Origin: Candidatus Eiseniibacteriota bacterium
Lineage (GTDB): Bacteria > Eisenbacteria > RBG-16-71-46
Reading direction: 5' to 3'
Assembly (NCBI GenBank): GCA_963744995.1
Contig: CAVUWA010000011.1
Coordinates: 352,001 to 416,000 of the forward strand
Length of the DNA stretch: 64,000 bases
Shown: one piece after another, positions 1-9,356 of the stretch
Position numbering within the stretch: position 1 is the first letter of the stretch
How the letters are laid out: each line of letters opens with the position of its first letter
The notes under the pieces: model-generated
The model's input: only the letters and a program-made list of their open reading frames with translations
What the model was told of the DNA's origin: nothing
Database searches by the model: none
Made by a program: the position numbers and the translations under genes

Positions 1-613
1 CGCGAACCTCGTAGGTCTTCAGGCCGCCGCCAGCGGTGCCCAGTGACTCGACCCGTCCGTAGGTATTGTTCCAGCGAACGACGAAGGTCGCCTCTCCCCA
101 GGGCCTGACCCGGATCCTCAGATGCCGGACGGGAAGGTCGAGCTGACACGGGAACCACAGGTCGGACACGCTCGCGGGATCGACGTACCGAGCACGTAGC
201 CAATACTCGATGACCGACCCGGGCACGACCCCTGGAATGGCATACGCCCTGGCCTTGAGCACGTGATTCCCGGACTGGAATACGATCGCGTCGTACATCT
301 TGTCGATCGAGATCGTGCGGGTCCTGCCTCCTGGATCCGTGCAGCGAATGCGGACGTCCTCGACAGTCATCCGCGCGTCGTAGGGGATGGAGCCCTGTGC
401 CTGCGCCTGCGCGCCGGCCTGGGTGAGGACCTGGACTCGCATGTCCTGCTGGATTTCGCGAGAAAAGCCCTGCGGGATGACACTGTCGATGACCCGAACG
501 TCCCAATCCACGATCTCGGCGTCCGTCGGCGCCGCGGCCGCCGCCGATGCAGCGGCCGCGATCTTCGCGGATGCCCCCGCGACGGCCAGGATGGCGGCCA
601 GGAGCCATGCCAT
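1..613 (-). CDS. DUF3857 domain exported protein (truncated by window edge; alternative GTG start at 652)
   Basis: Manual translation gives MAWLLAAILAVAGA..., then DMRVQVLTQAG and YAIPGVVPGSVIEY. These match the DUF3857 motifs of the neighbouring paralog (LRVKIFTDAG, FAIPNVTAGSIVEY). Confidence 0.75.
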   Translation of the reverse strand, partial: MAWLLAAILAVAGASAKIAAAASAAAAAPTDAEIVDWDVRVIDSVIPQGFSREIQQDMRVQVLTQAGAQAQAQGSIPYDARMTVEDVRIRCTDPGGRTRTISIDKMYDAIVFQSGNHVLKARAYAIPGVVPGSVIEYWLRARYVDPASVSDLWFPCQLDLPVRHLRIRVRPWGEATFVVRWNNTYGRVESLGTAGGGLKTYEVR

Positions 614-765
614 GCCGGAGCGGCGAAACGCTCGAACCGGGCCGAACGGCACGCGGCACCATCTTGCACGCGTGGATATGGGCAGGATACTCCCGGGTTC
701 GCACCGCCGCGGGCTTGCGGAGGCCTCGGAGGGCCTGCCATCGGCCTCCAACCGAAACGCGCCGC

Positions 766-2751
766 TCACGACCCGCCGTGCAGCAGCACCAGCGCGGTCT
801 CGCCGCGCCGCACCGACTTGAGGAAGGCCCGCACCTCGGCGTAGCGATCCGGCGGCAGCGTCGTGCGCCGGGTCTCGAGCGTCCGGGTGAAGTGCACGTT
901 CCCGTCGTGGAACGTGTAGGACGTGCGGTAGGTCGCGAAGTCGGTGTCGAGCGCGATCGCCTCGGGGAATTCCTCGACTTCCCACGACGACGGCAGCTCG
1001 ATCGTCACGTCTACCTCGTTCGATTCCGCTTCGAATTCGATGGGCTGGGTTCGCTCGGCGCCCGAGAACCCGAACCGATCGCGTCTCGAGACGAGCATCG
1101 GGCAGATCGCCTGAAGCCCGGCCGACAGCCGCTTCCCGTAGTGCTCGGCGGTGACGTGCAGGTCGAGATCGAAACCGCCGCCGACCGGGTCGTCCTGGAC
1201 GGCCAGCCTGTCCACCATGGCCCCGGCGATGCCGCGCGCGACCCAGTTCTCGATCGCGCGCCGGTAGTCGGCCTGGTTGAAGCCGTGCCGCCACGACCGC
1301 TCGTCGCGCGCCGCGGTGCCGCCGCTCGACTCGTGGATATCCGCCGAGATCCGCCCGCCGGCATCGAGCTTCACCCGCATGGTGCGCCGCATGGCGTTGG
1401 CCGCCGGCGCCGTCACCGGCATGCGGGTCAGGTCCTCCTCGCCGCGCCGTACGATTAGCGCGAGACTGCCCTGCTCCGACTCGGGCAGGCCGCCGAGCGG
1501 CGTCCACGGATCCGTCGGATCGAACACGATCAACGGGCCCAGCGCCGGGTGGTCGAAGCGAGTCGCCAGCGAGTCCCCCGCCGGAGCGCGAATCGCGATG
1601 ATGCAGTGATTGAACTGCTGCGGCGAGGGCCACGGTTCGCGCACGAACGCGGGGTTCCCGGAGTAGATGCTCACCAGCCAGGCCGGAACGTCGACGGCCG
1701 CGAGCATCGCCCGCATCAGATTCGCCTTGTCCTTGCAGTCGCCGTAGCCTTTCTCGAGGACCAGCGACGGCGCGTGCGGCCGGTACCCGCCACCGCGCCC
1801 CACCCCGGTCTGGATCGACACGTAGTTGAGCCCCTGCACGTACTCGCCGATCGCGCGGATCCGCTCCAGGTCCGTGCTGCGGCCGTCGACCAGTTCATGC
1901 GCCCGTTCGCGCAGCGCCTCGTCCGGCGTGGCCAGGTCGTCCGACAGCGAGGCCAGCCAGTCGGAGACCTGCGTCCACGACGTGAAACTCGCTGCCGCGC
2001 CGGCGTGTTCCGGCGCGTCGGGCACGATGCTGACGGCGACCCGCGGAACCAGTGCGCTCAGCGGTGGCGACGAGGGTTCGTCCGGCACGGCGGGGAGGTC
2101 GCGCAACTCCCAGGCCGTGGCGTCTTCAAAGGTCTGCGCGGTGATGGGCTCGTGGTTCAACACGATGCCGGTCGTGCGCCACGCGGCCGGCACGCGGACC
2201 GTCAGGCGCGCGAGGCGCACCGGCAGGGCGTCCTGAAACGCCCAGTCGAACTGTAGGAACGGCGTGCGCATCTCCGTGGTCCACTCGTAGCCGAACACGG
2301 TGCCGGGCTCCGCCTGCGCCGCGGCGGAGAGGCCCCGGACGCGCGCCTCGTCGTAGACGTCGTCCGGATTGAGTCTCGCGTCCACCCACTCCTTCTTCCC
2401 GAACGGCCGGGTCCGCTCGCCGGGTCCGAGCAGCCAGCCGAGCATGTCGGTGACCTTGCCGCCGTCGGTCAGGTACACCGCGGCGCATGCCGCCTCTTCG
2501 CGGCCCTCGGCATGGAGTACACGAATCGCGCCGCGCTCGGAGACCCGGAATCGGTCGCCGGACTTCACCTCGACCGTGCGATCGCGGAGGAGCACGACGG
2601 CCCCGACGTCGGATGCGTATTCGGGGGTCGGTTGGGCGGCCGCCTCGCGCAGCCAGTCCGGTGGCTGGTCCGACGCCTGTGCCGAGAGCGCGGCGCACGC
2701 GAGCGCCAGCAGCGTCACGAGCGCCGCGGACGCCTGCCGCGGGCGGCGCAT
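766..2751 (-). CDS. DUF3857 + transglutaminase-like (Cys-His-Asp) exported protein
   Basis: Signal peptide MRRPRQASAALVTLLALACAALSAQA; motifs GYGDCKDKA, FNHCII and FDPT; start overlaps the upstream stop (TGATG). Confidence 0.85.
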   Translation of the reverse strand: MRRPRQASAALVTLLALACAALSAQASDQPPDWLREAAAQPTPEYASDVGAVVLLRDRTVEVKSGDRFRVSERGAIRVLHAEGREEAACAAVYLTDGGKVTDMLGWLLGPGERTRPFGKKEWVDARLNPDDVYDEARVRGLSAAAQAEPGTVFGYEWTTEMRTPFLQFDWAFQDALPVRLARLTVRVPAAWRTTGIVLNHEPITAQTFEDATAWELRDLPAVPDEPSSPPLSALVPRVAVSIVPDAPEHAGAAASFTSWTQVSDWLASLSDDLATPDEALRERAHELVDGRSTDLERIRAIGEYVQGLNYVSIQTGVGRGGGYRPHAPSLVLEKGYGDCKDKANLMRAMLAAVDVPAWLVSIYSGNPAFVREPWPSPQQFNHCIIAIRAPAGDSLATRFDHPALGPLIVFDPTDPWTPLGGLPESEQGSLALIVRRGEEDLTRMPVTAPAANAMRRTMRVKLDAGGRISADIHESSGGTAARDERSWRHGFNQADYRRAIENWVARGIAGAMVDRLAVQDDPVGGGFDLDLHVTAEHYGKRLSAGLQAICPMLVSRRDRFGFSGAERTQPIEFEAESNEVDVTIELPSSWEVEEFPEAIALDTDFATYRTSYTFHDGNVHFTRTLETRRTTLPPDRYAEVRAFLKSVRRGETALVLLHGGS

Positions 2752-4742
2752 CACTCGCCGCCCGGCTCGTGCAGCGTCAGCGTGAACTCGTCGCGCTCGT
2801 GGAACATGTCGAACGCGCCGCGCAGGGCCTCGTAGCTGTCCCTCGGAAAACAGATCGTGCCGCCGTCGCCGAAGCGAAGCTGCCGTACGTAGACGATCTC
2901 CCGGGCGTCCGGGCTGAGCCGCGCGCTGGCCACGTAGACGCCGACGCCGGGCACCTCGACCGGCTTCGGCTGATCCGCCGCATCGACCACGAATCCCGGG
3001 GGCAGCTCGATCCAGACCGAGTCCACCTCGGCCCACGGGTAGGCGAAGCAGATCGGGTAGCGGCGCGTGTGGGCCGTGAACGGCGGCGTGCCCCCGTGCG
3101 TGAAGACGCCCGGCTGCACCAGCAGGCGCCGGCCGACCCGGGTGGCGTAGTCGGGCACGCGGACGTGCAGCGTCTCTTCGTAGCGCAGCGTCGTGTCCGG
3201 CAGGTCCGTTTCCACCTGGACGTCGGACACCTCCGCCGTGGGCAGCCGCTCGTGCACGCGGTCGGTGATGTCCTGCTCGCGCTGCTGCAGGGATTCATCG
3301 GCCTCGCGCCGCCGCCGCGTGTCGTTGGCGTGTCCCGTGAGCACCATGTGCACGTCGCCTTCGAGCGTGCCGTCGGCGTCCAGGCGGAAGTGCGCTTGGC
3401 GCATGGTGAGGCTGTATGCGGGCGGTCGGATGGGCGTGTCGATGATCCGCGCGCTGTCCCGATCGCACAGCAGGGCCGCGGTGCCTTCCTGCGGCCAGCG
3501 CAGTCCGGCGAACGGGGCCGTGGGCGAGCCCGGGTCGAACAGCTTCCAGGCGCCATCGAGCCGCACCGCGATCAGCGGGCGGTCGAGCCCGACCTCCACC
3601 ATCAGCGACGGATCGAAGAAGCGCCGGGTCCGGCTCGCGGCCATCGCCAGCCGCACGTCGAACCCGGCCGCGCGCGCGAGCGCGCCGAAGAGGAGGTTGA
3701 CGTCCGTGTCCCCGCCCGCGCCGTGGGCCAGCACGTCAGCCGCGCTCCTGTTCGGGCGAACGTTCTCGTCGTCGACGGGGCGCCCCTCGCGCGCGGCGTT
3801 GGTGCGGTTGTCCACGTTGCGCCGGCACCAGTCGAACAGGCGCTGCAGCCGCTCGGCCGGGGCGCCGTTCGTCTCGGCGACCGTCGCCGCCACGTCCTTC
3901 ATGTTGCGGTTCGCGCGGCACATGCCGTCGAACCAGTCGGCGTCTCTCCTGCCGGCGTCGTGCCAGAACTTCGCCGGCGAATCGGGCTGGCCGGCCGAGT
4001 AGTAGACGAGAATCGCCGCCTGCACCTGATCCCGCGGCGGCATGTAGGGCTCTTCGACGAAGGCGGGCTTGACGTGGACGGAGGTGGTGTAGAAGCCGCC
4101 CACGCCGGGCTGGAACTGCGGCACCCCCGTGTTCAGGCCGACGTAGCGCATCTCGTACGTGGTCGAGGGCACCGGCCGGATGTGGTAGCGGACGACCGCG
4201 GCGGGGACGTCGAGCTGCAGCGGCAGAAGCACGTAGTGCGCCAACCAGTCGTGGCGGGTCTCGCGGTAGCGGTACTCCACGATGGATCCCGCGGTCACGT
4301 TGGGAATGGCGAACGTGGTCTTGCGCAGCTCCTCGTCGGAGGTCTTGAGCTCGGTCGTCTTGAAGACCGCGTCGCCGCGCAGGTTCGACACCGTGCCGTC
4401 CGGCGCCACCGTTCGCGCGCTGACGAGGCTGATGCCGGAGCTGCGCGAGTGCCGGATCGATATGGTCGAGTACTTGTCGGCGCCGGCGTCGGTGAAGATC
4501 TTCACGCGCAGGTAGTGGTCGAGAACGGTGTCCTGCGAGTGGCCGGACGGACTGTCGTCGACGGTGACTTCCCAGAGCAGCGCCTCGGCGTCGGCGCCGG
4601 GATCGAAGCTGCACTTCTGCATCGCCAGCTCCGCCGGGGTCGGAGCGGTCCAGTTCCCCGCGAGCGCCGTCGCCGCGACGCAGGGGAGCGCCGCCAGCAG
4701 CGCGCCGAGGGCGGGTATGGAAGGGCGCGGCCGGTGGAACAT
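2751..4742 (-). CDS. DUF3857 + degenerate transglutaminase-like exported protein
   Basis: Signal peptide; RVKIFT..G and PNV..GSIVEY motifs; AAAGGCGG RBS-like sequence before ATG 4742; catalytic Cys and His are not conserved. Confidence 0.85.
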   Translation of the reverse strand: MFHRPRPSIPALGALLAALPCVAATALAGNWTAPTPAELAMQKCSFDPGADAEALLWEVTVDDSPSGHSQDTVLDHYLRVKIFTDAGADKYSTISIRHSRSSGISLVSARTVAPDGTVSNLRGDAVFKTTELKTSDEELRKTTFAIPNVTAGSIVEYRYRETRHDWLAHYVLLPLQLDVPAAVVRYHIRPVPSTTYEMRYVGLNTGVPQFQPGVGGFYTTSVHVKPAFVEEPYMPPRDQVQAAILVYYSAGQPDSPAKFWHDAGRRDADWFDGMCRANRNMKDVAATVAETNGAPAERLQRLFDWCRRNVDNRTNAAREGRPVDDENVRPNRSAADVLAHGAGGDTDVNLLFGALARAAGFDVRLAMAASRTRRFFDPSLMVEVGLDRPLIAVRLDGAWKLFDPGSPTAPFAGLRWPQEGTAALLCDRDSARIIDTPIRPPAYSLTMRQAHFRLDADGTLEGDVHMVLTGHANDTRRRREADESLQQREQDITDRVHERLPTAEVSDVQVETDLPDTTLRYEETLHVRVPDYATRVGRRLLVQPGVFTHGGTPPFTAHTRRYPICFAYPWAEVDSVWIELPPGFVVDAADQPKPVEVPGVGVYVASARLSPDAREIVYVRQLRFGDGGTICFPRDSYEALRGAFDMFHERDEFTLTLHEPGGE

Positions 4743-4958
4743 CGTCATTCCGCCTTTTTCGAGCATTGTTCGATCGGGTGCGCGGCGCCGGGCCGGCGCA
4801 CCCGTCAGCGAGCCTACGCCCGGCCCCGGGTGCGTGCCAGTGACATTTCGCGGGGCTGCACAGGTCCGGGCGACGCCGCGCGGGCGCGCCTGCGACGTCT
4901 CGATGGAAGAATGCGCCGGGGCGGCGGAATGCACGCGGCGTGGGACCGCCGCGCCCCG

Positions 4959-7900
4959 CTACGGCGTCTCGGGGGGCACGACCTCGAGGAAGCCGCGCGC
5001 GAACGGGCTCTGGGTCGCGGTCGTCTTGAGATCCCACGTCATGCGGATGCGCGCGGCGTTCGCCGCGGTCAGCGTCCACGTGGCGCTCGCGCGGCCGGCG
5101 CTCGTGGTCACGCTGCTCGCCTGATCGAGCAGGCGGAACAGGCCCCACGGGCCGCTGGCCGATACCGGCGTCACGGCGATCGTCGTCGGCTCGCCCTTCC
5201 TGCGCTTCTTCTTCGGATCGTCGGGCGGCGCGGCCTGCGCGCGCAGCGCGGCGCCGGCGCCGGGATCCGGGCCCGGCCACGCCAGCGATTCGTCGCGCGG
5301 CGGGCCCATCGTGTAGGTGCGGCTCGCGCCGCCGCAGTCGAACGCCACCCAGCGCACCACCACGCCCGGGTCGTGCGGCGGCGGCGAGGCGCTGACGGTG
5401 AACGACAGGGCGGGAGTGGGCCCCGCGGCGAAGAACGCCTGCCGGATCGCGTGCGCCTTCGCCACGAAATCGACCATCGCCGGCGAGACCGGCGGCGCGT
5501 CGCCGCCTTTGGGCGTGCCGTCCTCGTTCATGAACGGCGCCAGGAACTGGTCGAAGAACTTCCAGAAGTAGCCTTCCCCGGAGAAGCACGCCGCGAACGC
5601 GTCGTAGCTCGCGTCGGGGCCGCCCGGATCGAACGGATAATGCCCGGCGAGGTCGTTCTGGAAGCGCTGCAGCACCTGGGCCTGCCACGCCGCGGCGACC
5701 CGCGGTCCGAGGCCGCGCTCGCGCACCGCGCGCCGGGCGGCGTCGACCGGTGCACGCAGCAGCCGTGCGACCGTGGGACCCGCCGGCGAGTCGGCGTAGT
5801 TCTCGCCGAGTCCATCGCACCACGTCACCAGCTCGAAGACGCCGTTGGTCTGATCGGGCGGCGGGCGCAGCAGATCCACCAGCTTCTGCAGCGGCGCCGC
5901 GGGGCCCAGCTTGGCGATGTCCTGCTGCGCGGCCGCGAGCATCTCGAGGTACTGGGCGTCGAGCGATTCGCGCAGCGTGGAGGGCGTGTTGCCGCGGCCG
6001 GGCAGCTTGCGCGCGATCTCGCCGAGCCACGATTTGGTGCGCTCGCCGAGCGAGCCCGGCGCTTCGAAGAACTCGCGCAGGATGCGGAAGTCCGTGCCGA
6101 TCCGCTCGAGCGGCGTGCCGGCGATCGCCAGGGCCTGCGTCTGGTCGCGGGCTCCGTGCAGCAGCCTGAACAGCGGCGAGTCGCCCTTGGCGAGCTGCGC
6201 GAGCTGGTCGGCGACGAGGTCCATGCTGCCGGGGGCGCCGTAGTCGACCGCGTCCAGGAACTCGACCCAGTGGTCGGTCACGTCGCGGGCGTAGAGCGCC
6301 TGCAGCTGGCGCGCGAGGTTCGGCGGATGCCCGCCGAACGCGTCGGCCATCACCGCGTCGCGCGCGAGCATGCGGCCGTACCAGGCCGTGCGCGGCTGGA
6401 TCTGATCCGTCCAGCCGCTGCTGGTGAACGCGCCGGGCACGGTCACCGCGTCGTGCATGAGCGTGGTCTGCCCCGCGATCTTCTCGAGCGTGAGCGGCTC
6501 GAGGCGGCGCGAGGCGTCGTCGATCATCTCGGCATAGAACGCCGCCGGCTGCCACTCGTCGCGCACGATCGGCGCCATCTGCGCGACCAGGGTGCGGTCC
6601 TGCTCGTGGATGTAGTCGCGCACGATTGCGGCGAAGTCGCGCGGATGCCGCGCGAGGAACTGCATCTGGCGCAGCACCAGCTCCGGATAGGCGCGACGGC
6701 CGGCGGCGTCGGCGCCGCCCAGCTCCAGGCGGTCGGCGAGCGCGCGCTTCACCTCGCGGGCGAGCACGTCGGCGTCCTCGACGTCCATGTCGCCCGGCCG
6801 GGTGAGCAGACGCCAGGCGCGGAAGCGGTAGAAGTCGCCGAGGAACGTGCCGGGCTCGCCGGCCACGCGCGCGCGCAGGCTGTCTTCCATGCGCTGCGCG
6901 GCCGGCTGCAGCACGTACTGCGCCATGCGCCGCATCCACAGCGTCACGGCCGGGTCGCGCACCGCGCCGCCGGCCCAGGCGCCGAGCGCGCGCGGCAGCG
7001 GCACGCTGCGGTCGATGCGGTCGACCTCGTCGGCGGCCGCGCTCAGGTCGTCGAGCGTGCGCAGGTTGTCGATCAGGGCGGTTTCGTCCGTGACGCGGTT
7101 CGCGACCTCGACGGCCGCGCGCTTCGCGTGGTTCACCACGCCATGGTTCGCGCACGACAGGCCCGAGAACAGCAGCGTCAACAGCAGCAGCGCGAGCCCG
7201 TACGCGCCCACCATGATCTGCTCGCCGCGCTTGAGCCGTCCCTGCGCGCCGCGCGACGCCGTCGCCAGCGCCGCGTCCGGGAACAGCACGTCGGTGAAGA
7301 AGTCGCGCACGAACCACGCGCCGCCGCGCGCCGCCGGCGGCGCCTCGGGCGGCCGCACGCTGAGACCGAGCGAGCGCACCGCGGGCTGCAGCACGCGGTC
7401 GGTGATCTCGCCGTCCTGCGCCGCCGCGGAGAAGTAGAAGCCGCGGAACAGCGGCGGTTCGGCCTCGGCCTGCGGCTCGAACAGGACGCGCAGGAAGCGG
7501 CGCAGATTGCCGCGCACGCGTTCGAACTGGAGCGGGAACGCGAACGCGCGCGCACGCTCGGACGGCGTCCCCGCCGCATTCATGCGTGGAATCCGCCGCT
7601 GCGCGAGCGAACCCAGCAGCAGGCCGAACTCCTCGTCGAACAGCGCCTCGGCCGACTGCGTGCGCGCGCGCTTCATGGGCAGCGTGGCGCCCCACGGCGC
7701 ACGACGCGCGGTGGCGTCGAGGGATTCGAAGTACTCGGCGAAGCCGGCGACGCGGTCGACCCGCGTGAACATCACGTAGACCGGGAACACCACGCCCAGG
7801 TGTTCGATCAGCTCCTCGATGCGCTCGCGCGCGCCGCGGGCGATGGAATCGATGCGCGCCTCGGGATGGTCGGCGAGCTGGTCGAGCGCGACCGCGACCA

Positions 7901-8537
7901 CGACGCCGTTGATCGGGTTCTCCGGGCGCTGCCTGCGCAGCGTGTCGAGGAACGCCAGCCAGTCGCCGCTGTCGTCGAACGCGGCGGTCGCCAGGGTGCG
8001 ACCCGCCATGTCGAGCAGCACGGCCTCCTGCGCGAGCCACCACGAGAAGCTGCGCGTGCCGCCCACGCCGCGCACGGCGCGGGCGTCGCCGCTCGCCTCG
8101 CGCAGCGGGAACTCGAGCCCCGAGCGCTTGATGAGTTCGCTCTTCCCGGCGCCCGCGGGGCCGATGACCATGTACCAGGGCAGCTTCGCCAGCGCGTCGC
8201 TGCCGGTCTTCTTCGTCGAGGACTTGAGCTGCGCGATCGCGCTCAGCAGGTCGTCCTTGAGGCCCTGCACCTCGGCCAGCGTGCCGGGCGTCGAGCGTTC
8301 GATGTCGGCGTCGGCCTGCGTGGTGATCGTGTTCTCGATCGCCTCGGCCGCCGCGGCCTGACGCAGCTGGCGGATCAGCAGCGCGATCGCGATCACCAGC
8401 GCGAGGATCACCAGGATCAGGAACACGAACAGCAGCGACAGTCCCAGCGAGCGGCGGAAGATCAGCAGCAGCGCGCCGATCGCAGCGAACGCCCCGGCGA
8501 ACGGCGCCCAGGGCGCCTTGTCCATGAGCCCGCTCAT
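4959..8537 (-). CDS. tssM: Type VI secretion membrane subunit TssM/IcmF
   Basis: N-terminal TMs; LPWYMVIGPAGAGKS (Walker A), AVLLDMAG, PINGVVVAV, FPVYVMFTRVDRVAGF, FRGFYFS; C-terminal GPWGLFRLLD; ATGA overlap with tssL. Confidence 0.93.
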   Translation of the reverse strand: MSGLMDKAPWAPFAGAFAAIGALLLIFRRSLGLSLLFVFLILVILALVIAIALLIRQLRQAAAAEAIENTITTQADADIERSTPGTLAEVQGLKDDLLSAIAQLKSSTKKTGSDALAKLPWYMVIGPAGAGKSELIKRSGLEFPLREASGDARAVRGVGGTRSFSWWLAQEAVLLDMAGRTLATAAFDDSGDWLAFLDTLRRQRPENPINGVVVAVALDQLADHPEARIDSIARGARERIEELIEHLGVVFPVYVMFTRVDRVAGFAEYFESLDATARRAPWGATLPMKRARTQSAEALFDEEFGLLLGSLAQRRIPRMNAAGTPSERARAFAFPLQFERVRGNLRRFLRVLFEPQAEAEPPLFRGFYFSAAAQDGEITDRVLQPAVRSLGLSVRPPEAPPAARGGAWFVRDFFTDVLFPDAALATASRGAQGRLKRGEQIMVGAYGLALLLLTLLFSGLSCANHGVVNHAKRAAVEVANRVTDETALIDNLRTLDDLSAAADEVDRIDRSVPLPRALGAWAGGAVRDPAVTLWMRRMAQYVLQPAAQRMEDSLRARVAGEPGTFLGDFYRFRAWRLLTRPGDMDVEDADVLAREVKRALADRLELGGADAAGRRAYPELVLRQMQFLARHPRDFAAIVRDYIHEQDRTLVAQMAPIVRDEWQPAAFYAEMIDDASRRLEPLTLEKIAGQTTLMHDAVTVPGAFTSSGWTDQIQPRTAWYGRMLARDAVMADAFGGHPPNLARQLQALYARDVTDHWVEFLDAVDYGAPGSMDLVADQLAQLAKGDSPLFRLLHGARDQTQALAIAGTPLERIGTDFRILREFFEAPGSLGERTKSWLGEIARKLPGRGNTPSTLRESLDAQYLEMLAAAQQDIAKLGPAAPLQKLVDLLRPPPDQTNGVFELVTWCDGLGENYADSPAGPTVARLLRAPVDAARRAVRERGLGPRVAAAWQAQVLQRFQNDLAGHYPFDPGGPDASYDAFAACFSGEGYFWKFFDQFLAPFMNEDGTPKGGDAPPVSPAMVDFVAKAHAIRQAFFAAGPTPALSFTVSASPPPHDPGVVVRWVAFDCGGASRTYTMGPPRDESLAWPGPDPGAGAALRAQAAPPDDPKKKRRKGEPTTIAVTPVSASGPWGLFRLLDQASSVTTSAGRASATWTLTAANAARIRMTWDLKTTATQSPFARGFLEVVPPETP

Positions 8538-9352
8538 CGCATCAGCCTCGAGATCGTGTGCGCGGCGCCGCCGGCACCGAGCCGCGCGATCAGCCAGATG
8601 ACCAGCCACACGATGAACACCGCCGGCACGAAGATCGCGGGCGGCAGCCACCACGCCATGCCGCGGCGCTCCTCGGCGACGCGCTCGTTGCTGCGTCCGG
8701 CGTGCGGGGCGAGCGGCGCCAGGACGCTGCCGCGCGCGGCGGCGATGTCGGCCTGCACGTCCTCGATCAGGGCGGGCAGCTTCTCGGGGGTGAGCTGGTA
8801 GCGCCCGGTGAAGCCGAAGCCCAGGCAGCAGCCGTAGACCTCGAGCGCCTCGACGCGCGCCTCGCGGTCGTGCCGCAGGCGTTCGAGCCGCTCGAAGAAC
8901 TCTTCCCCTGCGAGCTGGCGGCCGTAGAGCTCGAGCTGCAGGGGGCGCGCGATCCAGGCGTCGCGGGCCGGCCCCTTCTGGCTGAGGACCGTCTGATCGA
9001 GCAGCGCGACCATGGCGAAGACCGCGTCCTCGACGTCGGCGGCGGTGAAGCCGTGTCCGCCGGCGTCGCGCTCGAAACGGCTCTTCAGCTCGAGGGCGCG
9101 GGCGCGCAGGGCGTTCGCGTCGGGGAGCTCGGCGGCCTGGCCGATCGCCAGTGCGGTGGAGAGCCAGTCGGAGGCCAGATCCACGAGGCGCGGCTTCGTC
9201 GACACCGGCGCCGCGGCGCGCGCGGCGCTCTGACCGCGGCGGCGCGTGGAGGACTCGATGACGACGGTCTCGAGCGCGTCGCCACCGCGCTCACGGGCTG
9301 CAGGCCGCGAAGGGCCGCCGCGTCGTCTCGAGGGTCCCTTCGAGCCGAACAT
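8534..9352 (-). CDS. tssL: T6SS TssL/DotU (no OmpA domain)
   Basis: FAMVALLDQ, WIARPLQLELYG..AGEEFF, EVYGCCLGFGFTGRY; single C-terminal TM. Confidence 0.92.
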   Translation of the reverse strand: MFGSKGPSRRRGGPSRPAARERGGDALETVVIESSTRRRGQSAARAAAPVSTKPRLVDLASDWLSTALAIGQAAELPDANALRARALELKSRFERDAGGHGFTAADVEDAVFAMVALLDQTVLSQKGPARDAWIARPLQLELYGRQLAGEEFFERLERLRHDREARVEALEVYGCCLGFGFTGRYQLTPEKLPALIEDVQADIAAARGSVLAPLAPHAGRSNERVAEERRGMAWWLPPAIFVPAVFIVWLVIWLIARLGAGGAAHTISRLMR

Positions 9353-9356
9353 GCCG

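Noticed and set aside
2487..8801. 2104-aa plus-strand ORF and other long R/A/G/P-rich ORFs such as 3736-8043, 12953-15742 and 47563-50271
   Set aside because: These are antisense or alternate-frame shadows of well-supported genes. Stops are rare in high-GC DNA and they carry no recognisable motifs.
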